The notes under the pieces are model-generated. The model was given only the letters and a program-made list of their open reading frames with translations. It ran no database searches and was not told where the DNA came from. Positions 51,058 through 64,000 of a stretch of 64,000 nt of DNA are shown piece after piece (within the stretch, counting starts at the first letter, position 1; the number at the start of each line of letters is the position of its first letter). The translations under genes were made by a program, and so were the position numbers. The stretch is from Bigelowiella natans CCMP2755. Lineage: Eukaryota; Protista; Cercozoa. The stretch lies in contig ADNK01001386.1 in the NCBI GenBank assembly GCA_000320545.1, forward strand, positions 124,001 to 188,000. The letters run 5' to 3'.

Positions 51058-53476
51058 CTAAATCCAAGTCGAGAAACGTGTCACTTTGCTTCGGTCTGTA
51101 GCATGTGTCGGTGAGGAGGAGAAAGGAATCCCTGAATTGGCTTCTGGTTGATGACTAGTGTAACTACGCTGCTGTCTCTCTCCTGCACCAACTTTCCTCA
51201 GTTTTAATAGAAAGCGCGCGTGGGAGTCGTACTGCATAGTCCGAAAAGCTTCCATTTTGGCGCTTTCATATATACGCCCAATTTGCTGTATCATCCTGAT
51301 CAATGATCTCCCCTCTTCTGTACAGTGTTGGGAGTGTACTGTTGATGATAGTGCATAATGATGATTGATCCCGGTTGCATAATCTGTCGTTGTCGACGAT
51401 GCTTTTTCGTCAGTCATTAAGGCGCTGTTAATCATTGTCCTCATAATCATATTCGTTGGCGCCCTCCCTTCTAGATGGTGCAAAAAGAAGAGGCAACAAA
51501 TACTAGATTAAATACTGAGAGGGTATAATTTACAAAAAAATCGGTTGTGTCTAGTATTATCAAAGGTCACACTTCCCAAATTGATATCATTCATCACTGA
51601 TGTCAGTAAGTAAAACCTTCGTTTCACATACATAAAGGACGATATTCTCTCTCTGACGTGCTTCATTTCCCCCATCACTAATAACCTGCAGGTACTGCTG
51701 CTGCCATCTCCTTTTGCTTTTGATTTTTGTTAAGAGAAACACGACGACGGGTCTCACTGATATTGTTGGTCGTAGTACTTCTGCTGAAGCATCTGCTCTT
51801 TTCATCAGCGTCGTCATACCCGACAATATCCCTATCGTCACAGCTTATCCCAGCAGCTGTACCAGTCGCCGCGCTGCACAAGCGAAGATGATTTCGAGAC
51901 TGCTGATGCTGGCACTCCTCCTGCTGTTGCTGCTGCTGAGATTTCTTCGGCGAATAACCACGGGTGTTAGAACCGTACTTAATCACAGAGGCGATAGAGG
52001 CAGATGTAACTTTGTTGCAAAATATCTGGATGAAATGACTCCAATCTCGAGCGTACTCTATCGTTATACAACTTCTAGAATTGATCCTTCTACTCACTGC
52101 TTCTTTAGTATAAACACCACGATTATGCTGCTGCCTCTGCTGCTGGTTTCCTCTAATCCAAGGAGCAGAAAGGGTAGCAGTATCTTCCCACAAGCCGCTA
52201 AATAGATGGAAACGATTACGATTTTTGGGCATTTCATTTTTGTGTTCGACTGTGCTTTGCTTCTTCTTCTTCTTCTTCTTCTTCTTCTTCTTCCTTGTTG
52301 TTGTCGTTCTAATTGAAGAAGCGGCACCATCCTTTCTTCCGTCACGGCTACCTCGCTGGCCTCGCCCGCTTCCTTCTTCTCTATTTTCGAGACAATCAAT
52401 ACAGGGGGCACGATTATCGGCCGTCTCAATAGCATTACTATCACCCCCCCCATCCCCAATCGACGCCGTTGTAAATTGTTCTCTTTTTTTGGAAGATGAT
52501 ATACAATACTGTGAGCTAAGAGAAGCAGGTATAGCAAGCGGTTGAAGTTGCTGCTGCTGTTGTTTCGATGCGCTCACACCTGGTGACTCTGGAATAATAA
52601 TTGCCTTCTTATTATCATCATACTTATCCTTTGCTTCTGCTGCTTCATCATCATCATCTTCTCCTTCATCATCATCATCATCTTCTTCTTCTTCTTCTTC
52701 CTCTTGCATTGTACTTGCTGGAGTGACACGATTGGCCGTCATCTTCACATCCAAGGTCTGGCCTAGAACCTTGCGCTGTCGCCATTTATCATCAACGCTT
52801 CAGATATATGCTCCAACAATGGCAAATAAACAGTGAGATGTGCGTGATCGATGACTACCGTGTTGGACTGTATCTTCGTATCGATCTTTGCCATAGCTGG
52901 GTTCTGACGACGAGGATGATAAGGATAATATGGAGAACCCTTCTTAGGAAGAGCTTGGTCTTGTCGTTGCCTTCTCTCTTCATTGTTACTATCAAAGCCA
53001 TTATGCTGGCTCCTTAGCTGTCTTAAGCCTGTCAGATACTCGCTATGATTCCAGGTCTGGAAAAATCTGGAAGGAAGAGAGGTAGGAAGTATAAAAAAAA
53101 ACATCATCATCATAATACCGATGACACCCAGAAAGTAGTACAGCAGATATTCACAACCTATCTAGTTCCTTCAGAGCATCCGAAGAAATGTTGATCTTGT
53201 AGTGATCATTACCGGCGTTGAGATTTACATATTTGGTGTAAATAATCTCTGCTATGTCATAAAACCTAATGAATTGCCTCCTCAAGTAGGAGGTGCTCAT
53301 CGCATTACTATTTCCAATGTCGCAGCTATTTTTCTTGTATCTACACTCGCCTATAGCGCCTTCTTCTTTTGCCAGTAAATGCGATGGTACAATGTCAGCT
53401 GTAGCAGTATTCTGATGATGGTAAAATTTGCAACTACCACGACTCTGTATTGATAACGGGGAAAAGCCACCATTAA

Positions 53477-53508
<32 letters not shown>

Positions 53509-54365
53509 TTGGTACGATCCTTCTGATCCTGCTGTTCTCGTATATTTTCGGAGGACAACTCCTCTTCAATCAGTGCTTGCAGCATAAGCACCTCCATGAA
53601 GAAATCTAGAGACTCACTGCACCTAAATGGTTATGGTCCTGGTGAGTGATTTGACGATGATGACGATGACAATGGTGCGGTAACAGATAAACATTACACT
53701 TAACTCACCATTCAGCTGACAGATGGTTCCTGAACCGCTGCAGTAGCACAGGATGTGTGAGTGTGGTGAGAATGCTTTCATTTTGGCGCTGATACTTCTT
53801 TGCAACATCAGTCTCAACCTCCTTCAATCTTGCTCTAGTTAGAGCAAGTGGTGTGTAGGATTGAGTGAACCACATCGGCCACACAATGAAGATCAAGTAC
53901 ACCGTCATTTGCAGAACGGCGGTCAACGCCAGAGGGATTTTCTTGGCGCGGAATGTGGTTGTGATAAGGAAGAGGACTACAATGCCGAGAGTTCCCGACA
54001 GGGACCAAACTTTAATGCGCCATAATATCTGGTAAGGGTCGTCAATCGACTTGACCTTGGAGACATAGTGCACAAATGGCACCATCACGATGTACCATAT
54101 CCCAGCAGTCAGTGAAGCACTGCGAATCGTGCATTCTTCACGTTTTTCCAGAAGTATCTGAGCCAAACCTTCGGGATCCAAGAATACGGTCAATAGTATG
54201 ATAGTAAATACTGCAGCACATATCTTTTGCACACGCCTGCCGCGTAGAAACCAGGCAATGCGTGCTATTCGTTCAGACTCGATACTCGTCAGTCCTTCAT
54301 TGTACGTGTCTGGGAGACTATTGAGAACGTACTGTTTGCTGCATACGCGTAATTGTGTCAGAGAG

Positions 54366-54409
<44 letters not shown>

Positions 54410-54922
54410 ACCTTCATGGTGCCATCATCTTCGTAAATATCAATAAGAGTCATTTTAGCAAATTGTAATACCTAAGATTTCATACCTGGAGTGCACTTGA
54501 GCCAAGCGCTGCGTGAATCTAAGCGTCTGGTGAACGAGAAGCGATATCGAGATAGCAGCGCAAAGCTGGGAAAATATGACATACGCAACGCAAGGGAAAT
54601 CTTGTTCTGCTCCGTAGTAAATGAGACCAGGAAAGGGCAGCAGCAGGATGGAAACCAAGAGAATCGATACTTGATTCGGATGAGCTAACATCTAACGATA
54701 GATAGATGCAAAAATGAGGCATTTCGTCGATCAATCGTTGGACTGCAACGAATGAGTACAAACCACCTGGATTCCCATGAGATCCCGATGGTGCTTAAGT
54801 ATAGCTCGCTGTGTCACGACCGATGCGCCTAAGTAGCTAATAATCAGAAAGCTCACAACAGCCCAGCCTGTCGCTAAAATAGGGTCATTTCCAGGCTGCG
54901 CTCCCCCTCTTCGGTCATCCAT
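51058..54922 (-). CDS. Seven-transmembrane protein fused to an RGS domain (7TM-RGS)
   Basis: Seven hydrophobic segments (TGWAVVSFLIISYLGASVV; VSILLVSILLLPFPGLIY; CVAYVIFSQLCAAISISLLV; ICAAVFTIILLTVF; LTAGIWYIVMVPFV; VWSLSGTLGIVVLFLI; LALTAVLQMTVYLIFIVWPM). RGS motifs: ILTTLTHPVLLQRFRNHLSAEW|CSESLDFF, IIYTKYV...KINISS, IYESAKMEAFRTMQYDSHARFL. Confidence 0.82.
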
Positions 54923-55726
54923 GATTACGATATCGTAACAAATGTGCTGCTTGCCACAAAAAAGCTAACATAACCTGGCCAATTCCTCACCGAACATGGG
55001 CTCGGCCTTGTTGTCGAAAAGAAACGTAGGCGAATGTCAGAAAAAGCAACTGCCACGAAAATGATGAGCTTTTGTTTTCCGAGGTATTGCGGATCTAGAG
55101 CTCTTCCCAGCGCCACCAGTTTTGAGGCATCGCTCCGTTATTTTAAAAAGCGACGACGTTTTAGCATGTCGTAGCGATGAAAACAAATGCCTTATTCACG
55201 AATACTGATTTGATTTTCCCGCACAAAATTACAGCCGGCTACATCTGAGATACAAAGTTTAACATCCTTGTTGTGTTAGTTGAGAGAATAAGTTGCTGAA
55301 TCCAGGGCACTCCAAATGTGCGACAAGCACCACAGACCACACAAGAGATTCCCGCCAAATCAACCCATTTAGGTCCCGAAGCAGAAGGATCACTCTCCTC
55401 GCCTATCCCTCGTTATTCTCGACTAAGAGCCTATTCTCCTTCCTCGCACTTTTCATCTTCACTCTACGCTCCTCGTTCAATAGGAGTTTCTTTTATCAAG
55501 ACCGACGCCCTTTCAGGTTCTAATAAGCTTGAAAAAATGAGAGGAGGAGAAACGTGGGCGAAAGTGCGTGGTGGGTGCGCCTTGATAGGAAAGTTTCTGA
55601 ACTCGATAAATAAATTTATGAAGATCTGCCCCAAAATAACATCTAGTATTTCCCTTGGTATCATATTTGAAAAGTTTTCGTGGCGGACAAAATAGGACCT
55701 TAGCTCCTACTTACGGCACACCAGTC

Positions 55727-58058
55727 ATGAAAAGAGGGCACGAGAACGTTGACGGCCATAAAAGCAAAAAGGCAAAGGTATGTTACAGAATTTCGGAGAA
55801 TGAAGATTGCTATGTCAGTCATTTCTCTATCCTTTTCCTACCCTTTCCCTCTTGTCTCCCTCCCAAACAACCTCTCATGATTAATTCAGGCCGAATTTCA
55901 GCCAAGCCTCCAGAACAATAGTTCCCGTATGCATCCTAGAAATATCTATAGTGGTAAAGAACCCGACTATAAGGAATTGGCTCAAAAGTTCGACTTCTTT
56001 GCTACTCATATGCGGTAGTAGCTTCGCCAATGCCTCTTATGCATAAAATGCAGCTAGGCTCTTCTGTCATCTGTAGCCGAACTACTAGTTGCAAAGAATA
56101 TCAAATCTTATGTGAACATAGCACGGGCGGTGCTGGAGAAATTTTATCACACAACTAGTACGAAATGTAATATACTGTTACTTGTTCTTCTGTACAATGA
56201 TTGTGTTGACTGCATTGGCAGCGTCAACCCGGATACGGGCAGGCCATACATTCGTTTCAATGACCCAAAGGCAACGATTGCACTTACGCGAGCATTGCTG
56301 AAGAAAGATTTCAATCTGGAATGGCAAATACCTCCAGGAAGGTCCCGCTGATTGTGAAAAATGGACTATTCAGTCAAATCGGGGTTTTACATTTGAGGGT
56401 GAGAGGGGAGAAGACAAAGAAAGCAGTGAGAGAAATTATAAAACATATGTTGTTTTAGTTTAAAATTGTTGATCTGAGGCCTCTTGGTGAACAAATTGCA
56501 TAGGTTATGCCCTCCCGTTCCAAATCGGCTGAACTACGTTCTTTGGCTTCAAGGTACAGTCAGCAAACGCCCGCGGAAAGAATAGTGAACCCATTATCAC
56601 CATGCATTAGCTTATTGCACTACTTTATGCAGTAGACGAATACGTTGTACACCGATTTTTCACTCTTCCTAAGTTGGTATTTTCTCAACACAGATCTGCT
56701 AAAGCTGAACAAGCCTTCGAAAGAAAATCAGCCTGTAGTAGGTATTGACATTGGAACGGGCGCAAACTGCATTTATCCGCTCCTTGGTACCTCGCTTTGC
56801 AAGTCGTGGTCTTTCATCGCGACAGGTCTTACTCTTATTTCAGCAGCGTCTTCATAGTGTAGTCACTGTCGTGTTCGTGGTATTCCTTTTGATCTCTTCT
56901 TCTCAGATGCTGATGAGAAAGCCTTAGAAATTGCAAAGATGAATGTAGATGCCAACCATCTGCAGTCACGCATTCAGCTCAGGAAGGTCGATCAAAGGTC
57001 GCTACTACTGCCAATCCTTATTGAAATGCATGCATGTATTAATCTTCACACCCATCAAATATTCAGTGCCAGGCTACAGGCTGCTTTGAAATCAGAAGAT
57101 GGTGATCAAATCGCGTTTTGCATGTGCAATCCGCCATTTTTTGGATCCACGCTTGATATCAAACAGGTGGAAGAAAACGGCCAACGCCATCATCATTATC
57201 ATCATTGTCACTGTAATTTTTTATCATTAATTTATTCTTAACAGACAAACGACGCAACGCTAGTTGGCACAAAGGAGGAACTCGTGTGCGAGGTAAAATA
57301 TGATTTCCAATATCATCACTTTGACAATCATGATCATAATTATACCAGCCAATATCTTAATAAGCCCTAATTAGTTACCTACTACCCTCTTTGCAGGGTG
57401 GGGAGGAGAAATTTGTAGAGGGCATAATACAAGATTCCATAAGACTGAAGCACCGTGTACGTTGGTATACGACGATGCTGGGGAAGAAAAGTTCAGTCAA
57501 AACTGTTCTTAGAATGTTACGTGAGGCAGATGTCAAGAACGTTGTCACTACTGCCTTCCTACAGGTAGGCTGTGGATAGAAATACGAAGAAAGGGTAATA
57601 GGAAGGAGGGAAGAAAGAAAAAGATTAATAGGATGATGGCTGCCACATTTTTCATCTAAAGCATGTAAATTATCAATCATGTCGTTTGCTCCAGACGTCG
57701 CTATTTGCAGTATCGTTAACATCTGCCTAATGATGAGGATTGATTATCTATCGCTTAATTATTATTATTTTTTTTAATTATTAGGGAAGGACTTCTCGTT
57801 GGGGTGTAGGATGGTGCTATGAACCTGCCCGAATCCAAGACACCGCATTACGCGCTTCTGTGAATCACAATGTATGCACAGCAGCAGCAAGTAGCAGGAG
57901 CAGTGTATTCTCACCATCTTGAGCAGTTTTATTCGTCATCATTTTCGTCAACTGCACGATAATAAGATATAATGCGTAATAGTTTTTTTGGAGTTTTGCT
58001 GTAGGAATAGCAAAGACAATAACTACTTCTCCCTCGGGATCGATGTATTCTTACTCTC

Positions 58059-58102
<44 letters not shown>

Positions 58103-58529
58103 CTCTTTTCTAGGTCGCAATGGGGAAGAAAAAGGCGAAGAAGCAGAGCAACACGGCAACTTCAACAGCCGTGTTTCATGTTGACTTTTGCTTCGACGAG
58201 GAGAAAAAGAGTACATCTGTGGTCGCCTCACGCCTTAAGGTGATATATGAACGCTATCGTTCACTACTAAAATGTCTATCATCATCATCAAGATTGTCAA
58301 CATCATCCATAATCATTCTGTTCGGTTGTAGGACGTAGTCGCGGCATGGAAACAGAAAGGCATCGCTATTGACCATTTTAGTTGTGAAGACCAAGGAGGA
58401 AAAGCCAAGATTGCCCTCAAAACCCAGGTACAGCTAAGAGTGAGAGGGGGATGTCTACAGTGACAATAACAATTACAACACTATGTTTTGTATAATACTA
58501 TCTTGCGAAAAATATACAGGAGAAGGAGT

Positions 58530-58580
<51 letters not shown>

Positions 58581-59281
58581 TGGGGCTGTACGTGATCTTC
58601 TTCCTAGTGTGATGATACATACTCTCTTTCATATATATTCTCAGCAGTCTGTGGCGCTTGGACTGAGTCTTACCTGGAAGCCCACTCCGAAAACGGCAAC
58701 GTCAAGTGGTAATACTATGTCGTGCATCAATCCTTCACACTATTCAAAGCAGCAGCCCCCTGTGTATTATTCTCTTTATCCTGCTTGCAAGCATGTGCGC
58801 AGAATTTGCGGTCAACAAACACCTGATTATTCATTATCATCATCATCATGATGCTCAAGAGGTCATAATCGTTCGCATAGAAACGCGTCGCATGCAATAG
58901 CAGGGCAAGATTCTTTTCGAACAAGCTACTATCCTGCCTGAGACAAAATCACGAAATACACACGCACGTAACAAAATAATCATCCTCATCATAGATGCAT
59001 TTGCTATTAGATGGTGACGGAGGAAGTGCGACTACCGAAGATATCGTGGTGATTTCATTGGAATCAGCTATACCGGAAGGTCCAGGAAAACGAGATTTTC
59101 TCTTGTTTTCGGATCAGATAAAGGTCAATTCTTTACCGTGTGCATACAAGTTGAGTTCTCACTTCCGCTCATTGCATTTCTCAATTATCTTTCAATCTTT
59201 CCCTCTCAGGCTGATATTCAGAGAAGCAATCGACGATGGAGACGCTTGCTGAAAAAGAAAGCAGTCCAGGGTGGTAATTAG
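55727..59281 (+). CDS. METTL16: METTL16 / RlmF-family RNA N6-adenosine methyltransferase
   Basis: MHPRNIY, FNDPKATIALTRALLKKDFNL, LCPPVPNRLNYVLWLQDLL, GIDIGTGANCIYPLLG, FCMCNPPFF, GGEEKFV, RWYTTMLGKKSS, Q|GRTSRWGVGW. The C-terminal exons are approximate. Confidence 0.95.
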
Positions 59282-59479
59282 CACAAGCGCTATGGAGCTG
59301 TAATCAATGGACACGCGGGTTAATGGGGCAGAGCCTACAGTATCAGAGGACACCCTGCCTACAACTAGACCTCGAGAATGGCATGCCTAGAATTCAATAT
59401 GATCAATGTTCTTAATGTCATCGCCATCGTATCAGACTTCCCTTTGACTGTAATATTCTTGATGATCCATTGCATGTAC

Positions 59480-59733
59480 ATGTCTCTAATATCGCAGTAG
59501 CAGTGCGACACCGCGTCTACTAGGCTTACTAGCTTAGCTAACTAGCTGCACATGCCAAATAACTTGCGCAATGACATATACAATGCAGCTTAACAACTAT
59601 GTGCATGATCACATCGTGCCCATGGCAATGAACAAAAATCTGGTATTTAGATCCAGAGGCGCGCGCTGTGTGATTTTGCGACAATGCGCTTCGTGTTCGT
59701 GTGCGTCTCGCTGAATGTGAATCGCTGCACACT

Positions 59734-59774
<41 letters not shown>

Positions 59775-60010
59775 TGTGTGCCCATGTCAAGCACAATGTG
59801 CCTTTCGTGCGGGCATAGCATGGGATCGAGTCTCCATACATAGCATTGTGGCTATAGGCTTGCATAGTGCGGCCAGAGCAGGCTAGGTGGAAAGGCTAAC
59901 TTTAGATGTTCATGGCCTCTACATTCCATCACTGCATCACTGCACTCTATGACACTTCTTGCACAAAAACCATCACATGATACGCCATCTTATCCACCAT
60001 CCATCCATTC
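59480..60010. other. Purine/pyrimidine-alternating convergent spacer (METTL16 / DTW)
   Basis: GCATGTACATG, TAGCTTAGCTAACTAGCTGCACATG and CATCACTGCATCACTGCAC, plus a (TG)n tract. Confidence 0.55.
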
Positions 60011-60122
60011 TGATACATGCTGCTAGAATATTCGGGAGGTTTTGTTGGACCGAGAGGTTGTGAGGTGATACCATCAGGTGGGTCGCAATAACACCTTGCT
60101 AATTTGCCATCGCTTACTCCTA

Positions 60123-62835
60123 TTATGTCTTAAGCTTGTCCCTCTCCTTTGACTCTTGTATTTGTTTCGTTGGCTGCGTGATTTTAGCGGCAGCCGTATT
60201 CGGAGCGCATTTGCCATTGCGGCTGCGACTACTTAGACTACCTTTGTATCCCTTCCGTTTCCTTTTCGGCACCGATGGGCAAACTGGCTTATTCGTTTGT
60301 GCATAAAAGCTGCAGGATCAGCAGGGGGGGGGGGGGGAGGAAATCATATTACTTGCAGTGATTCCTTGATCAGTCGAGTCAAGTATAGAAATCTGTTTTG
60401 AGTTGATTGATCCAAAATTGCTACTTCGCATTTGCTCACAACCTTTTTCCAGCAGTATCAAGTGCATCACCAAGAGGCTTCAGAACTTCCTCAGACTCTC
60501 CAAACTACAATTGCATGCGTGCGTAAGTATGGTAGAGTGTGTGGGGGAGAGAGGGGGAGAAGAGAAAATTTCCTCAACTTCAAACAGAAGTGAGAACAGT
60601 AGTAGCAGCATTAGCAGCAGCAGACATTGCCGATGGTGATACATCGTGAGCACCTCGGTGAGAAGATGGAGAAATGCACTCATAGTTGACACCTGTCCCT
60701 CCACGTGGTGTTTTCTGAATTAGCAGTCAGTACCAGCATATAACCAGGAGATTAATGAACATAATGAGTCGTACTAGAGTCAGACAGGTAGATAAATATG
60801 AAGAAGTCGCTGCAAAATCACACCTCATGTTGATGAATTTAGCTCTTGAAGAAGACGACAACTTAATCCTTGGTATCCAGTTAGGAATCTCAAGGTTCAT
60901 TTTCCCTACGCAATAGAGTTATAGCAGCCCCAATCAATGACGCCACGATGATGGTCTAAGTGCAAAATCTCCCGAATAAAAACACCACGACAAGCAAGAC
61001 TACAGTCTTTACGTGTCGTCGTCGGTGATCAATGTTCGTAGAAGGAACTGTGGAGCACGCAAATAAGTATACTCTGAGGAAATCTTCACGATTGTCATCT
61101 AATTCAAATTGCACAATATTACGTGCGTCTTTCCAGGTGCCGTCAACTACGACAATGGTCGTTGCTGTTCTACTTGTTGTCGCTGCAGTCGATACCGCAG
61201 CAGCGGTATTCGAAGTGAACCTAGTTTGCTCATCTTGTGTGTAATTTGTTTCTGCTTCTCCCAGCTCGGATTCCTCTCTGCTGCCTACTACGTCTATGTT
61301 TAACATGCTGCTGTTTATTCTTCTTCCAGGTGACTCGATCAATCCTCTCCTTTGCTGCCGTTGCGAGAGAAGAAATTGCTCGCTCGTGCGCGCTACCTTG
61401 GAGTCAGGGAAGAGGACGCAGCAATTCCCCTTATTCGTCATCCGGATACGCTGGAACCGCTACCATAAAATACGCACAAGTCAAGGCACCAACGAGCAGG
61501 GTAAGTGAAAATTATTTTGCTCCGAATGAGTAAAACGAAAGGTGAAATTTCCTGCAGGTGACATCTTCATTCTCCTAAGTGGTTGAGAATGCCGATAAAA
61601 TATTGACCATTCTGCGACAGGCCAGAACCTTGTTGCAGCATGATATACGTTTGTTTGCTGCGTTCTTACTGTCATCAAACGAGCTCGTCACTCTATATTT
61701 GGTGCTCTCGTACAGGCTACCTCTTGCAATTGATACTCAGAATTAATCAGGCCGTAGATATAGGTTTCCACGTTCGCAAAAGTTAACGGGATCAGTCGCG
61801 CAGTGCTGAATGACCATTTTCACAAAAGATTCTGTCAGTTAATCCAGCTTTCCAGATCTAATGGTGGATTATCAGCACTATAGTGTCAACGTGTGTGCTT
61901 TCATTAGTCATGCGTGGTGTGTGTGTGTGTGGGTGTGGGTGTCATTCCGAATATTTTGATGTTACTACGCATGCAGAGATACTTGCTTGCCAGTCTCCTA
62001 GCCACTTCTCTGTAGTGAATAAATAGGATGACTCTGTAGCGTTGGAGATGGCTTTGGACGACTTTAGCTTTCACGCCAGCAAAATAAGTGCACAGGCAAT
62101 ATTCCTAATAGCAGAGAACGACGGAGAAGACACAAACGACGACAATGATAACAACAATATGTGTCTAAGCAAATATTTGAAGACTTAAAACACGGTGCTG
62201 GTTGTCTGAATGAAGTGTTTCGGCGTTTATAAAGTTCCAGAAATAATTTTCGAATATTCATGATATATGCTCATGTGCACACATGAGAAAAGTCAAAGAT
62301 TTCATTTTGCAGTTAAATCACGCATAAATTACCTTAAGAAGCCAGCATTTGGGACACTTGTTCGAGGAATAGTTTTTTTTCCACGTGTCCATCTCCTGAT
62401 TATAGCATCGATGTAAAAATGTGATACCCAGTGTAACGATAATGAGAAAGGCAAACAATAGCCGCTTGTGCTCATTTCCACATCGACTAACAACGCTGGG
62501 AGAAAAGCATTTTCAAGTACGCAGCAAGAAGGCTACCTTCTTAGCAAAGTGGAAAAATTTGAAACGCCCAAACGAACGCTTGAAGGCTTTGCAGGCCTAA
62601 GGAAGTTTGGAACATGCTTAAGCTGTTTTCGAGATCGAGAACGTTGTTATCGCCCTCCCCTTCGTTTAAAAGAATCTGCAGTTGGGAGAGTAGAAAATAT
62701 TACCATGTGCAGACGGCACAACGACCACGAACCCTCCAACATTTGCATTATGAATCTGACTATCCTTGGATCCCCCAGGGCTCGTAGCGCAAGGATGGAG
62801 GTCGCCTGGCCATGTTTAGCAGCCTCGACCTCCAT
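60123..62835 (-). CDS. DTW-domain protein (tRNA-uridine aminocarboxypropyltransferase, TapT/DTWD-like)
   Basis: KCPKCWLLK|EYCLC zinc motif; ILFIHYREVARRLASN|TARLIP; IVVVDGTWKDAR (DxTW motif); RKHHVEGQVSTMSAF. Confidence 0.85.
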
Positions 62836-63879
62836 TTTTTAGCATGCCACGGTGTCGTCTCGGAATGTTCGGATGCACCTGTTCTTGTTGTTGTTTGTTG
62901 TTGTTGTTGTTGTACTCATTCTGTTCCTCAGAGTTAGATGTTCTTCCGATCAGAAGGGTGTCTTTACTTATAGCTGTGGCAGTCAAGAATGCGACTAGAA
63001 CAACTCACTGTGAACAATTGTCGTTAGGTAGTCAAATGGTGCGATTTTACTTAACTAAACCGTGAACAATGGTTAATGAATACAACAAAATCGGCAAATT
63101 ACCAAAATAAGTTGCTGCTAGATCTAGATCGATAGTGGCTCGTGCCAACCTTGTCTACCAAGTCTGTGTCAACGCTCTCTTCCTTCACCTTTTTTGTGTT
63201 TTTTTTCCTAAAAAAACCTAAAAGAACCAGCCTGCTCGTGCTGGTAACGTTGTCATCCCATTATCTGCTTGTATCAGGAATTGTAATGCCCAATTTCATA
63301 TAAGACTTCAAGATTTCATTGTCTTTGTTGGAGAATAGCATTTGATTTTAGTTCATTCTCGTAAGATTAGTAACCTGTATAATCTTACTTGACTGTTTTT
63401 GTTCACTCTCGTAGTGGCCGTAACTGGATTATCTGACGACGACCCCCTGATCTGATCTGTCTCACTCCGCACAGACCCACTGCTCTGGCTCGCTAAGAGG
63501 AACACGGGGAGGAAGAAGAGGCAACAGATTCCAGAAGACAGACTGCAGATAGAGACTGCAGATAGCAACAGTACCTAGCACTTCCAGTGATTGCTCACGC
63601 CGCGTGTGGGGATAAGGAACCTTGTGGTATATCTATCTCTAGTCGAGACCTCGCAGCAGTTGCCTAGATCCAGAGAGTCTCATGAAGATTGTAATTTTAT
63701 GATTAGAGGGCGGGATGTTGTTGCTTCGTATTTGTTGTTGTACCTCATCCTCCTCCTCCTCCTCCTCCTCCTCCTCCTCCGCCTCCTCCCCTCCTTTTCC
63801 TCTCCCCTTTCGCTGACTGTGTTGGCCAAATTTCTATCTGGTGCTACAGTTCACATATTTGGAAAAAAAGAGATAAAAA

Positions 63880-63986
63880 ATGTCGAAAGGACTCTATATT
63901 GCTACTTTCGATTTTGAGAGTGTTGAGGAAGGCCAATTGAGCATCAAGGAGGGGGATATCATAATCCTCATAGAGAAGGATGACAG
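63880..63986 (+). CDS. First recognisable exon of an SH3-domain protein (continues beyond the window)
   Basis: MSKGLYIATFDFESVEEGQLSIKEGDIIILIEKDDS followed by donor GTGAG; matches the SH3 ALYDF...ELS..EGD.I.....D..GW pattern. Confidence 0.85.
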
Positions 63987-64000
63987 GTGAGACTGGACAT

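Noticed and set aside
55727-62835. Two RNA-modifying enzymes (METTL16, DTW) adjacent as a functional cluster
   Set aside because: They are convergent housekeeping genes with different substrates; adjacency is plausibly chance.
62468-62842. Plus-strand ORF with CLSCFRDRERCY resembling a DTW zinc knuckle
   Set aside because: The real knuckle (CPKCWLLKEYCLC) is on the minus strand, in phase with the other DTW motifs.
62844-63600. Possible micro-exon gene or 5' exons upstream of the SH3 exon
   Set aside because: Splice sites exist, but no unique frame or recognisable product could be built.

Overview
Gene-dense eukaryotic nuclear DNA, probably a chlorarachniophyte alga (Rhizaria, Bigelowiella-like). 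That assignment is an inference from a signal-peptide plus transit-peptide-like leader on a carrier protein and from short GT-AG introns loaded with microsatellites. About 16 confident intron-rich genes were assembled by hand-splicing: a MABP-repeat protein, a receptor tyrosine-kinase-like protein, a ubiquitin E2, Mpv17/PMP22, a GIDE-like protein, a JmjC oxygenase, PPTC7 phosphatase, a lectin-like/LTD surface protein, an RWD protein, an AN1 zinc-finger protein, an SLC25 carrier, an amine-oxidase/cyclopropane-synthase fusion, Erv1, a 7TM-RGS protein, METTL16, a DTW protein, and the start of an SH3 protein. Most long ORFs in the supplied track are microsatellite or antisense artefacts. Best leads: (1) a 1.15-kb island (36843-37990) almost stripped of TpA, with every survivor in TAG; (2) purine/pyrimidine-alternating palindromic blocks in all seven large tail-to-tail spacers; (3) a JmjC protein with a halogenase-like HxG iron motif; (4) a receptor with tyrosine-kinase signatures; (5) Erv1 with a Mia40-like presequence and membrane anchor; (6) a 7TM-RGS receptor. 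All gene models are manual, so 5' ends are the least certain part. No rRNA, tRNA or CRISPR array was recognised.
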